Below, piece by piece: positions 1 to 8,937 of a stretch of DNA of 64,000 bases (positions are counted from its first letter, which is position 1; every line of letters begins with the position of its first letter). Source of the DNA: Candidatus Eiseniibacteriota bacterium (GTDB lineage: Bacteria > Eisenbacteria > RBG-16-71-46); the NCBI GenBank assembly GCA_031370785.1, contig JANMQY010000090.1:1-64000 (forward strand), read 5' to 3'. A program made the translations under genes and the position numbers. The notes beneath the pieces are model-generated. The model was not told the origin of the DNA, did no database searches, and saw only the letters and a list, made by a program, of their open reading frames with translations.

Positions 1-977
1 TCGCTTCGCGAGCGCTGCCCGCGGCGCGGCACTACGCCGAAATCGCGCCTCACGTGCCGCACGCACTCCACATGCCATCCCACATCTTCACGCGCCTCGG
101 AATGTGGGACGAGTCCATCGGCTCGAACCTGGCTGCCGCCCAGGCCAGCCGGGAGTATTCCGCCACCCACTATGGTGGGGCCGTGTACTACGACGCCGTG
201 CACGCGTGGGATTACCTCGAGTACGCCTACCTGCAGAAGGCCCAGGATCAGAAGGCGCGCGCGATTCGCGACAGCATCGTGGCCATCCGACGCGTCAGCC
301 AACAGACGCAGTCGTTCTACTATGCGCTCACCGCGGTGCCGGCTCGCTACGCGCTCGAGCACCACGCGTGGAGTGACGCGGCCGCGCTCGAGCTCCCCTC
401 GGGCTGGACCTGGAAGCGCTATCCGTGGACCGAGGCAACCACGCAGTTCGCTCGAGCGCTCGGCGGCGCGCGCTCGGGTCGGCCTGAGATTGCGCGCGAG
501 GCGATCGCGCGCCTCGCGGCAATTCGCGACGGCATCGTCAATCCCGGTCTTTTCCATTGGGCCGCGCAGGTGGAGGCGCAGCGCCGCACCGCCGAGGCAT
601 GGCTCTTCCTGGCCGAGGGTCATCAAGCCGTGGCACTGGACGGCATGCGCGCTGCCGCAGCGCTCGAGGACTCGACCGAGAAGCGACCCGTGACGCCTGG
701 GGCGGTGTTGCCCGCGCGCGAACTCCTCGGAGACATGCTGCTCGAGACGGATCACCCAACGGAGGCGCTGGCTTCATACGAAGCGGTGCTGCGCGATTCG
801 CCCGGGCGATTCAATGCGCTCTCGGGAGCGTCACGCGCCGCCCTGGCATGTCGACGCCGTGCGGTGGCCAGGCGATACGCCGCCGCGCTGCTCGCGCTCG
901 CGAAGGATGGGGACGGTGATCGTCCCGAGGTCGCGGAAGCGCGGCGTATCGCCAGGGGCGAGACGAGCGCGCGCTAA
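1..977 (+). CDS. TPR-repeat protein, 5'-truncated by the window edge
   Basis: Frame is open from position 3 (ASRALPAARHYAEIAPHVPHALHMPSHIF). Helical TPR-like repeats, e.g. ARELLGDMLLETDHPTEALASYEAVL. Confidence 0.75.
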   Translation, partial: ASRALPAARHYAEIAPHVPHALHMPSHIFTRLGMWDESIGSNLAAAQASREYSATHYGGAVYYDAVHAWDYLEYAYLQKAQDQKARAIRDSIVAIRRVSQQTQSFYYALTAVPARYALEHHAWSDAAALELPSGWTWKRYPWTEATTQFARALGGARSGRPEIAREAIARLAAIRDGIVNPGLFHWAAQVEAQRRTAEAWLFLAEGHQAVALDGMRAAAALEDSTEKRPVTPGAVLPARELLGDMLLETDHPTEALASYEAVLRDSPGRFNALSGASRAALACRRRAVARRYAAALLALAKDGDGDRPEVAEARRIARGETSAR

Positions 978-1078
978 GGGGCCGACGCCACCACATCCTT
1001 TCCAACCATCTGTCGGACCGCGCCGTCCAAAGCACGGGTCGTTCACTCGTGGAGGCCGCCCTGTCCTATCGCACGCTC

Positions 1079-2698
1079 ATGCACCTGACGCTCGTCCTCG
1101 CCATCGCGCTCGCGCTTCCGGCCGCGGCACGGGCCGATCGCATCTCGCCCGACTGGGTGCCGAAGTGGCGCGCCGATCTGGCCTTCGCGGCCGACAGTCT
1201 GCCCCGTTCCCACCCGAACTTCTTCCACGCCGTCACGCGCGAAACCTACCTCGGCGCTCTCGACTCCTTGAGCGCACGGGTTCCCACTCTCGATCATCAT
1301 CAGATCGTGGTCGAGCTTGCCCGCATCATGGCGCTCGTCCACGACGGCCACACGCGCCTGAGCTTCCCCTTCGACAGCGCGGCCGGGTTCTTCATGGGCC
1401 ACACGAAGACCGCGGCGCCCAGGGTCCCCGGCCTCGTCTTTCGCCACTATCCGGTTCGCTTCGGCCTGTTTGCCGACACCCTGTTCGTGATCCGCGCCGA
1501 CTCCGCACACCGCGAGCTGCTCGGCGGACGCGTCGTGAGCCTGGGGGCCATGACCGCCGCTGAGGCCATGACGGCCGTCGAGCCCACGGTCCAACGCGAC
1601 AACGAGAGTCAGGTCCGCGACCTGTTGCCCACGTGGCTCGTCTGCCCCGAGATCCTCCACGCACGCGGCGTCAACGCCGACATGGAGCACATGCCTATCG
1701 TGGTCGAGCACGACGGCGTCCAGATGACCGCGAGCCTCGCGCCCGTGCCGCCGAAGGCAAGCCTCCGCTGGCTCGAAGGTCGAGCGGCAGGTCCGCCGCC
1801 GCTGCGCGATCGCTACCCGGGGCGCAACCACTGGTTCACGGCCCTCCCCGGGACGCACACGATCTATGCGCGCTACCGCGAGGTGGTGGACGATCCCAGA
1901 GAATCGGTGGCCGAGTTTGCGGATTCGCTGTTCGCGGTGATCGAGCGATCGCATGCGGACCGGCTCGTCCTCGATCTGCGCGGCAACGTCGGCGGCAACG
2001 GATTCCTCAATCGACCTTTGGTCCAGCACCTGATCCGCGCCCAGTGGCTCTGGCGACCCGGCGGCCTGTGGGCGCTGATCGATCGCGCCACGTTCTCCGC
2101 GGCGGTGATGATGACTGCGGACCTCGAAATGAGAACGCCGACCCTGCTGGTCGGCGAGATGACGGGCGGGCACCCGAACTCCTACGGCGACTCTCGCAAG
2201 GTGATGTTGCCGAACAGTGGCATTACGGTGCGCGTGTCGAGCCTCTACTGGCAGCTCACCGGTCCGCAGGATCCGCGCGAAGGGATCACGCCGCACGTTC
2301 CGGTCACGATGCACTTCAGCGACTGGCGCTCGAACCGCGATCCGGCGCTCGACGCCGCGCTTTCGCGCAGTGGAACGGCGACGAGCCTCACTGGCTCGTG
2401 GAGCGGCGAGATTGGCTATCAATCCGCGCGGCTGCCGCTGCGGCTCGACCTCGTACAGAAGGGGGTGAAGTGGGAGGGACGCGTGAACCTGCCCGACGCG
2501 GAGCTCACAAACGCGCCGCTAGCGGAGGTGCGCGTGATGGGCGACAGGATCGCCGCGCGCTGGATGACCGGCGATGAGGCCTGGACGCTCTCGGCACGGC
2601 CCGCAGGTGAGCGCCTGGTGGGGATCGTGCACTACCACGGCCTGGACTTCCCGGTCGTGCTCGAGCGGAGCCGGGCCATTCAGGCGACCGCACCCTAG
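1079..2698 (+). CDS. Secreted S41-family peptidase-like protein
   Basis: Signal peptide MHLTLVLAIALALPAAARA; S41-type motifs DGHT, LVLDLRGNVGG, TFSAA, LVGEMTGG and GITPHV. Alternative GTG start at 1049. Confidence 0.7.
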   Translation: MHLTLVLAIALALPAAARADRISPDWVPKWRADLAFAADSLPRSHPNFFHAVTRETYLGALDSLSARVPTLDHHQIVVELARIMALVHDGHTRLSFPFDSAAGFFMGHTKTAAPRVPGLVFRHYPVRFGLFADTLFVIRADSAHRELLGGRVVSLGAMTAAEAMTAVEPTVQRDNESQVRDLLPTWLVCPEILHARGVNADMEHMPIVVEHDGVQMTASLAPVPPKASLRWLEGRAAGPPPLRDRYPGRNHWFTALPGTHTIYARYREVVDDPRESVAEFADSLFAVIERSHADRLVLDLRGNVGGNGFLNRPLVQHLIRAQWLWRPGGLWALIDRATFSAAVMMTADLEMRTPTLLVGEMTGGHPNSYGDSRKVMLPNSGITVRVSSLYWQLTGPQDPREGITPHVPVTMHFSDWRSNRDPALDAALSRSGTATSLTGSWSGEIGYQSARLPLRLDLVQKGVKWEGRVNLPDAELTNAPLAEVRVMGDRIAARWMTGDEAWTLSARPAGERLVGIVHYHGLDFPVVLERSRAIQATAP

Positions 2699-2746
2699 GC
2701 CCGGCGCTGCCGAAGGCAAGTGCTACGGCCTGGCGTCAGGTGCAGA

Positions 2747-3223
2747 TCACTTCTTGGCCCAGAACCCGATTGCGACCCCACCCGGCGCGGCGACGATCGC
2801 GATCCATCCCATGCCGCCCGGAAGCTGATCCGGAGGAAACATCCCGGTTGCGCCGGCCGCGAGCGCCTTTGAATACGTCGCTTGAATGTTCGCGACCTCG
2901 CAATAGGGAATTGTTCCTGGGACCTCGGGCGGATTGTTGGCTCGAATCCCTCCTCCGGTGCCATTTGCAAACTGCCACATGTGGTAAGGACCTGCCGGCG
3001 TCGGCATGGCCTCTCCAAACTTCCAGCCAAGCACCTTCTGGCACCACGCTCGAGTCGCAAGCGGGTCCGCGCTCGCGAGCTCCGTGTGCGTGATGACTCC
3101 AGGGCGGAGTTTGGGTGCGGCGGCCTTCCGAGACGATGCCACCACACGCTTCGAACGCCGCGTCGTCGACCGCTTCTTTGCGACTTTCTTCGCTCTCTTC
3201 TTTACAGCCTTTCGCTTGGCCAT
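2747..3223 (-). CDS. VOC/glyoxalase family protein with Lys/Arg-rich N-terminal tail
   Basis: ITHTELASADP...GWKF, PYCEVANIQATYSKALAAGA and GMGWIAIVAAPGGVAIGFW. AAGGAGG RBS just upstream of ATG at 3223. Confidence 0.8.
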   Translation of the reverse strand: MAKRKAVKKRAKKVAKKRSTTRRSKRVVASSRKAAAPKLRPGVITHTELASADPLATRAWCQKVLGWKFGEAMPTPAGPYHMWQFANGTGGGIRANNPPEVPGTIPYCEVANIQATYSKALAAGATGMFPPDQLPGGMGWIAIVAAPGGVAIGFWAKK

Positions 3224-3239
3224 ACGATCCTCCTTGTCT

Positions 3240-3394
3240 GAATGCGGAAACTTCGAGAACAAGCACAATTCAAGCACAGTCAGCGGCTGAGAGCGCCGAT
3301 GCGCGACGCGCCCCGAAGCCATAGCTGTTTGCGAGATTGGTGCCGAAGGTGGGGGTCGAACCCACACGAGGCTTGAGCCTCACGGGATTTTGAG
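3240..3394. repeat. Direct repeat copy 1 (att-like): 3' half of tRNA-Leu plus 98-bp downstream arm
   Basis: Aligns without gaps to 17013-17167 at offset 13773. The tRNA part (3338-3394) has 1 mismatch in 57; the arm part (3240-3337) has 14 mismatches in 98 by hand count. Confidence 0.95.
3338..3394 (-). pseudogene. tRNA-Leu(CAA) 3' fragment, anticodon loop to CCA
   Basis: Reverse complement is CTCAAAATCCCGTGAGGCTCAAGCCTCGTGTGGGTTCGACCCCCACCTTCGGCACCA. The 5' acceptor strand and D arm are absent. Confidence 0.92.
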
Positions 3395-3515
3395 AACGAG
3401 GTCCGAGGTGAGAGCACAGGCCAACATCGGGCACAACCGACCACACGCGGCCATCATAGCCGAATGCGATGGTGACCGGTCCGCCGCGTAGAAACCGATC
3501 AATTCATTTGGTTCG

Positions 3516-3532
3516 AGCACAGAAGAAGCACA
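3516..3532. repeat. AGCACA-N5-AGCACA tandem motif (putative integrase arm-type site)
   Basis: GAGCACAGAAGAAGCACAGTC. Same hexamer and 11-bp spacing as at 3262-3278 and 17035-17051. Confidence 0.6.
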
Positions 3533-3632
3533 GTCCACCACTGCACCGAGCCGCAAAGGCGACACCGCGGCTTTCACGGGTCCTCCCGGCCGCTTGCGAC
3601 GCGCGGTCCGGCGACCCCGACGCCTCGCTAGT

Positions 3633-3783
3633 GACAAGCCCATCGAGGTGGATGAAGAGGGCGTGATCCTGTGCGGGCACCGGTGCCTGGCTTGCAGCGC
3701 AGGTCCTCGGCATGGAGCGGGTGCCGGTCATCCAGCACGCGCACCTCGATGCGGCTCGGAAGCGCGAGTACCGGCTCGCCGAC
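3633..3783 (+). pseudogene. Frameshifted ParB/Srx N-terminal domain remnant
   Basis: Removing one C at about 3681 gives DKPIEVDEEGVILCGHGAWLAAQVLGMERVPVIQHAHLDAARKREYRLAD, which matches the ParB-N pattern PIxVDExGVIxxGHGRxxAAxxLG...VPV...YRLADN. Confidence 0.75.
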
Positions 3784-3836
3784 TTTGCGCATCACGCAAG
3801 ATCGCCTTCAGGCGTCTCATGCAGTAGATTTCCATC

Positions 3837-5084
3837 GTGGATCGGCAGACGGTCGAGTTGAGCGCGCTGGCTTTTCAGGCCTTGGTGACTGGGCTTCTCG
3901 CCCTTGTCTATTGGGGGCTCTGGCGGCAACAGCGGCGATCCTACTTTGCCACGTGGGCCGGAGCGTGGGCGGCATTCGTAGTACGCCTCGGGTTCATCTC
4001 AGCCTTCGTCGTCTCACGCCGAGAGATCTGGCTGTTCGCTCACCAGGTTGCCACTTCAGTCACCGCACTGCTCCTCCTGTGGGCGGCATTGCAGTTTTCG
4101 CGGGGTGCGCGCTGGCGTGCCCGCTACCTGTGGGTCGGGGTAGTGGCGATCGCGTGGGCCTATCTCGTCATCTTCGTGATCAGAGACATGCGCGTTGCCG
4201 GGATCTCGGCCTCGGTGCTACTCGCCGGGGTAACACTCTGGACGGGAAGCGTGTTCTGGAGGCATCGCCGGCAGGGGGATACAGTCGGCGCCACCGTGCT
4301 GTCATGGACCTTCATTCTATGGGGCCTGCACCACCTCGACTACCCGCTCCTGCGTCCACTGGGCAGTGGTGCACTGTACGGTGTCTTCGCGGATGTAGTG
4401 TTCATCGTCGCCGCGACTGTTGGCACATTGTTTCTCGTGCTGGGCGACGGGCGCAGGATGCTGGAAGCTCGCAGCCACCAGCTCGAACAGCTCACGCGCC
4501 TATTGTTGCGTGCGCAGGAGGATGAGCGGCGGGCGATTGCACGTGAACTCCATGACGAGGCGGGACAGGTGCTGACGGCAGTCAAGATCGAGCTTGACCT
4601 GGAGGGTCGCTCCAAGGCGGGCGAGATGGTCGGGCGGGCTCTGGCCCAGGTGCGTGATCTGAGCAACCTGCTTCGTCCGAGGGCGCTCGATGATCTTGGG
4701 CTGCTCCCGGCATTGCGTGGCCTGGTGGATGATTTCGCTCGCCGCACTCGCATCGACGCAAGCCTCGACTGCAGACATCCGCTTCACCCGCTGAGAGACG
4801 ACTTGCAGGTCGTAATCTATCGCGTGGTGCAAGAAGCGCTCACCAACGTGGCGCGCCACGCCGACGCTCATCAAGTACGGGTTCGGCTCGAGGTGGAGAA
4901 CGATTGCGTTCGTCTCTCGGTGCAGGACGACGGCCGCGGTGTTGCGGGTGAGCCCACGCCCCACCTCGGCCTCCTCGGTATTCGCGAGCGCGTCACTTCT
5001 CTGGGCGGAACCCTGGTGGTTGATGGAGCGGCGGGGCGGGGCTTCCTCATCGAGGCCGTGATCCCTGCGGAGGTCCTCGCATGA
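3837..5084 (+). CDS. Membrane sensor histidine kinase, HisKA_3 (NarX/UhpB type)
   Basis: About 7 TM segments; H-box QEDERRAIARELHDEAGQ; N-box YRVVQEALTNVARHA; G1 VQDDGRG; LGLLGIRER. Confidence 0.92.
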   Translation: MDRQTVELSALAFQALVTGLLALVYWGLWRQQRRSYFATWAGAWAAFVVRLGFISAFVVSRREIWLFAHQVATSVTALLLLWAALQFSRGARWRARYLWVGVVAIAWAYLVIFVIRDMRVAGISASVLLAGVTLWTGSVFWRHRRQGDTVGATVLSWTFILWGLHHLDYPLLRPLGSGALYGVFADVVFIVAATVGTLFLVLGDGRRMLEARSHQLEQLTRLLLRAQEDERRAIARELHDEAGQVLTAVKIELDLEGRSKAGEMVGRALAQVRDLSNLLRPRALDDLGLLPALRGLVDDFARRTRIDASLDCRHPLHPLRDDLQVVIYRVVQEALTNVARHADAHQVRVRLEVENDCVRLSVQDDGRGVAGEPTPHLGLLGIRERVTSLGGTLVVDGAAGRGFLIEAVIPAEVLA

Positions 5085-5737
5085 GCCAGGCGCACTCCAC
5101 TCGCGTGTTTCTCGCCGACGACCACAATCTGGTGCGGGCGGGAGTGAGAAGAATCCTCGAGGCTCAGCCAGGGATCGAGGTGGTCGGAGAGGCATGCGAC
5201 GGAAGAGAAGTTCTGCGTGCGCTCGGTCAAAGTCCCGTTGATGTTCTGGTGCTCGACCTCACGATGCCGGAAATGGACGGGTTCGAGACCCTCGCGCGCG
5301 CCAAGGCGCTTCGCCCATCGATCAAGGTTCTGGTGCTGACGATGCACACTAGCCCGGAGTACATCGCGCGCGCGCTACGCCTGGGCGCCGATGGGTACCT
5401 GCTCAAGGACTCCGCCGTGCTGGATCTGGTGGCCGGGATCGACGCAGTGATGGCGGGCCGCGCGTACTACAGCCCCGCGGTCCAGAGCGAGATCGGACAA
5501 TTTCTGCGTGTAGGCTCGACTCCGAGCCGCCCGCTCGACTTGCTCACCGAGCGCGAGCGCGAAGTGCTTCGGCTGGTGGCACAGGGGCTGCCTACCAAGG
5601 AGATCGCATCTCGGCTCAGCATCAGTCCCCGGACGGTGGACACGCACCGGGCCAATCTGATGAGGAAGCTCGATATCCGCTCCGTTGCCCTCCTCACGCA
5701 AGTCGCGCTTCGCGAAGGCATCCTCGAATCTCCGTAG
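5081..5737 (+). CDS. NarL/LuxR-family response regulator
   Basis: LADDHNLVR, VLDLTMP, YLLKD and HTH LTEREREVLRLVAQG...TVDTHRANLMRKL. ATGA overlap with the kinase. Confidence 0.95.
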   Translation: MSQAHSTRVFLADDHNLVRAGVRRILEAQPGIEVVGEACDGREVLRALGQSPVDVLVLDLTMPEMDGFETLARAKALRPSIKVLVLTMHTSPEYIARALRLGADGYLLKDSAVLDLVAGIDAVMAGRAYYSPAVQSEIGQFLRVGSTPSRPLDLLTEREREVLRLVAQGLPTKEIASRLSISPRTVDTHRANLMRKLDIRSVALLTQVALREGILESP

Positions 5738-5966
5738 TACTACCGATTCCGCCTAGGCATTCATGCGCATGGCGGCCGCGGCGCCGAAATTGTCATATCC
5801 ATTCGTGCGCCGGCGGGCTCGGGATTCGAGCCTCGTTTGTTGCGGCAGGCCGGCCGTGGTTCCGGCCGGGTGATCACTCCTCGCATCGGCGGGCAGCCAG
5901 TGTCCATGCGTCATGCCGTTTGCGAGCACGGTGCCGCTGATCCGGACCCTTTCGCGTGAGGTCGGC

Positions 5967-7238
5967 ATGGTCGGAATCGAATCGCTGCGCCTGTTGTCGA
6001 TCAGCCACCGCAGTGCGGCGCTGGCCGATCTCGAACGCATGGCGCTGCCGGCCACCATTCAGACGAAACTTTGCGGGACCATGCGGGAGCTCGAACTCCG
6101 GGCAGTGGTGCTCTGCACCTGCAACCGAACCGAGTTGTACTGGTGCTCTCGCGGACCGGAGAGCGACGCGTCGGCGCAAGCGGCGTTGATGGCATGCGCT
6201 TCGCTGCAAGTCGTGCCGCCCCCGGAAAGCTTCACCCAACGGACAGGTCTCGCGGTCGCCGCTCACTTGTTTCGCGTCGCTGCTGGGCTCGAATCCCTGG
6301 TCGTTGGCGAAGCCGAGATACTGGGGCAGGTTCGCGAGGCGATCGAGGCTGCTGAGGGTGAAGCCGGAGCGGGCCCCTTCCTGGCGGATCTTTTCCGCGC
6401 AGCGCTCCGCTGCGGTGGAAGGGTCCGAAGCGAAACCCAGATCGGAACCGGCGCGCTCTCGGTCGCCTCCGCCGCCGTGCAATTGCTCGCACGCGTACAC
6501 CAGGACTTCGCGAACCTCACCGTCGTCGTAATCGGGGCGGGTGTCACCGGTCTCAAGGTTGCCCGGCACCTGAATGCCATGCGCGTCGGCCGGCTGGTGA
6601 TCGTCAACCGGACTCTTCCGCGAGCCGAAGAAGCGGCCGCCGAATTTTCCGCTACGGCCGCCCGGCTGGAGGATCTTCCCCACTGGATGGCGCATGCCCA
6701 CGCGATGATCGCCGCTGCACAGGTCGAGCGCCCGGTCGTCACCCCCGAAATGCTGAGCGGCGTACGATCCGGCAATCGCGAACGCCCGCTTCTGCTGATC
6801 GATCTGTCGCTGCCACGCGCCATCGATTCCAGCTGCGCTGCGGTTCCAGGCGTGGCCCTGCACGATCTCTCCGGACTCGAACAGGTTGTCGAGCACAACC
6901 GCGCGCGACGTGAGTGTGAGGTTCCACACGTCGAGAAGGTGATCGAGCACGAGCTGGGGATTTTCCAACGGCAGGTACGCGAGTCGATGGCCCGCCCGTT
7001 GGTGGCCGAGCTACGCCGTCGCGCGGATGCGATTCGGCGGGAAGAAATCGCGCGCACGCTTCGCGAGGGCGAGTTCGATGCGCCAACCCTGGACCATCTG
7101 ACGCAGCGCCTGGTGGATCGGCTGCTCCATGCACCGAGCCTGGCGTTGCGAAGCGGTGAGCTCGCACTCGGCCCTCCGCAGACGCGGTACGTGAGGCTGC
7201 TGTTCGGCCTCGAAGACGACGAGGCGGGGGCCGGGTGA
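5967..7238 (+). CDS. hemA: Glutamyl-tRNA reductase
   Basis: LCTCNRTELY (catalytic Cys), HLFRVAAGLESLVVGEAEILGQV, GAG dinucleotide motif, LIDLSLPR. GAGG RBS before ATG 5967; the ORF track start is 5913. Confidence 0.95.
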   Translation: MVGIESLRLLSISHRSAALADLERMALPATIQTKLCGTMRELELRAVVLCTCNRTELYWCSRGPESDASAQAALMACASLQVVPPPESFTQRTGLAVAAHLFRVAAGLESLVVGEAEILGQVREAIEAAEGEAGAGPFLADLFRAALRCGGRVRSETQIGTGALSVASAAVQLLARVHQDFANLTVVVIGAGVTGLKVARHLNAMRVGRLVIVNRTLPRAEEAAAEFSATAARLEDLPHWMAHAHAMIAAAQVERPVVTPEMLSGVRSGNRERPLLLIDLSLPRAIDSSCAAVPGVALHDLSGLEQVVEHNRARRECEVPHVEKVIEHELGIFQRQVRESMARPLVAELRRRADAIRREEIARTLREGEFDAPTLDHLTQRLVDRLLHAPSLALRSGELALGPPQTRYVRLLFGLEDDEAGAG

Positions 7239-8173
7239 TCCGCATCGGGACGCGCTCCAGCGCGCTCGCGCGCTGGCAGACCGACGAGGTTCTTCGGCTG
7301 TGGCGCTTGCTGAGCCCCGGGCTCGAGTTCGAAGTCGTCGAGCTGAGCACCGCTGGCGACGAACAGCCCGAAGCTCCTCTGGAGCTCATGGAGGGGATCG
7401 GCTTCTTCACCTCGACGATCGAGCGCGCGCTGTTGGAGCATCGCATCGAGGTTGCGGTCCACAGTTACAAGGATCTGCCCGTGACGACAACCACCGGCCT
7501 CGTGGTTGCAGCAGTGCCAGCACGCGGTCCGGTGGAGGATGTGCTGTGCTCGCGCGACCACACCGCACTCGTAGCGTTGCCTCGTGGCGCACGCGTCGGC
7601 ACCTCGAGCCTGCGGCGGACCGCGCAGCTTCGGGCATCGCGCCCGGACCTCGAGTACCTGCCCTTGCGCGGCAACGTCGGAACGCGACTGTCGCGATTGA
7701 GGTGGGGGGATCTGGATGCGGTGGTCCTGGCCAGGGCGGGCCTCGAGCGGCTGGGCCTTGGCGACCGGGCCACCGAAGTGTTTTCGATCGAGCGAATGCT
7801 GACGGCACCGGCGCAGGGCGCGCTGGCGATTCAAGTCCGCGAGGACGACGAGCTGCTTCGTCGGGCGCTCGCCGGGATCGAGCACGAGCCCACCCGTCGC
7901 GCGGTCGAGGCCGAGCGATCTGTGCTGCACGCACTGCGCGGAGGCTGCTCGGTTCCGGTAGGCGCATTCGCGCAGGCGAACGACGCGCGGGTGTGTGTGG
8001 ATGCGGGCGTGTTCGCTCCGGCGGGTGACCGCCCGCTCCGCGTGCAGGTGGAAGGCGTTGACCCGGCCGCGACTGGCGCCGAGGCGGCGCGGCGACTTCT
8101 CGAGGACGGTGCGTGGGAGATCCTGGCCGAGCTCGAGCGCCAGCCACGCCTCCAATGGGAGAGGGGCGCATGA
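7235..8173 (+). CDS. hemC: Hydroxymethylbilane synthase
   Basis: IRIGTRSSALARWQ, AVHSYKD, VGTSSLRR, LRGNVGTRL and GGCSVP (cofactor Cys). Confidence 0.97.
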   Translation: MIRIGTRSSALARWQTDEVLRLWRLLSPGLEFEVVELSTAGDEQPEAPLELMEGIGFFTSTIERALLEHRIEVAVHSYKDLPVTTTTGLVVAAVPARGPVEDVLCSRDHTALVALPRGARVGTSSLRRTAQLRASRPDLEYLPLRGNVGTRLSRLRWGDLDAVVLARAGLERLGLGDRATEVFSIERMLTAPAQGALAIQVREDDELLRRALAGIEHEPTRRAVEAERSVLHALRGGCSVPVGAFAQANDARVCVDAGVFAPAGDRPLRVQVEGVDPAATGAEAARRLLEDGAWEILAELERQPRLQWERGA

Positions 8174-8937
8174 GATCGCAGCCGCTGCGCGTGGCGGTGA
8201 CTCGCGACGAGCCATCCGACGGAGCGCTCAGCGACGCGCTTCGGCGAGCGGGGCTCGAGCCCATCGGCTGCGCCGTGCTGTGCGAGGCTCCCGCGCCCGA
8301 GCCCGAGCGGCTCGCGCGCGCCGCGCGCGAGCTGGGGCGCTATGACTGGCTTGTGGTCGCGAGCGTGCGCGCAATCGTCGCGCTCAGCGCGGCACGAGAC
8401 GGCGAACCATGGCCGGCGGGCCCGCGGACCGCGGCAGTCGGAGCCAGAACTGCCGCGGCGCTCATTGCGCACGGCGCCGCCACGCCGCTGCTCGCACCAA
8501 GGGAGGGAGCACAGCCGCTGATCACCGCGTTGCGCGAAGCGGATGACTGGACGCAGCGGCGCGTGTTGCTCCCGCGCGCCCGGGAAGGCAGTCACGAATT
8601 GGGCATCGCGTTGCGGAACTTCGGCGCCAGGGTCGAGGAGGTGGTCGCCTACTGCACGGTCGAGCGCGCCGCGGACGAGATCCTCGCGGCCTGGAACTCC
8701 GCTTCGGCGGACGCCGTGGTCGTGGCCAGTCCATCGGCTGCGCGCTCGTTGGTTCGCGCCGTGGGCCCGGACACCCTGAGACGGCTCGATTCTGTCGTCG
8801 CGATCGGCTCAACGACGGCAATGGCGCTCGTGAGCCTCGGTGTTCAAGCGGTCGTACCGCCGCGAGCGGACTTCGAGTCCGTGGCTGAATTGCTTAGCGA
8901 AAGAACCCCCTCCACCAGAAGGACAGACCAGCCATGA
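8170..8937 (+). CDS. hemD: Uroporphyrinogen-III synthase
   Basis: [41 protein letters not shown]; lies between hemC and hemB with ATGA overlaps. Confidence 0.9.
   Translation: MRSQPLRVAVTRDEPSDGALSDALRRAGLEPIGCAVLCEAPAPEPERLARAARELGRYDWLVVASVRAIVALSAARDGEPWPAGPRTAAVGARTAAALIAHGAATPLLAPREGAQPLITALREADDWTQRRVLLPRAREGSHELGIALRNFGARVEEVVAYCTVERAADEILAAWNSASADAVVVASPSAARSLVRAVGPDTLRRLDSVVAIGSTTAMALVSLGVQAVVPPRADFESVAELLSERTPSTRRTDQP

Noticed and set aside
2931..2963. tRNA 3'-end-like string (GGCTCGAATCCCTCCTCCGGTGCCA)
   Set aside because: The T stem does not pair, and it is the antisense of VOC codons NGTGGGIRAN.
5738..5966. NarL heptamer or FNR box upstream of hemA
   Set aside because: Only one TACCGAT heptamer-like match, no convincing 7-2-7 pair and no TTGAT-N4-ATCAA.
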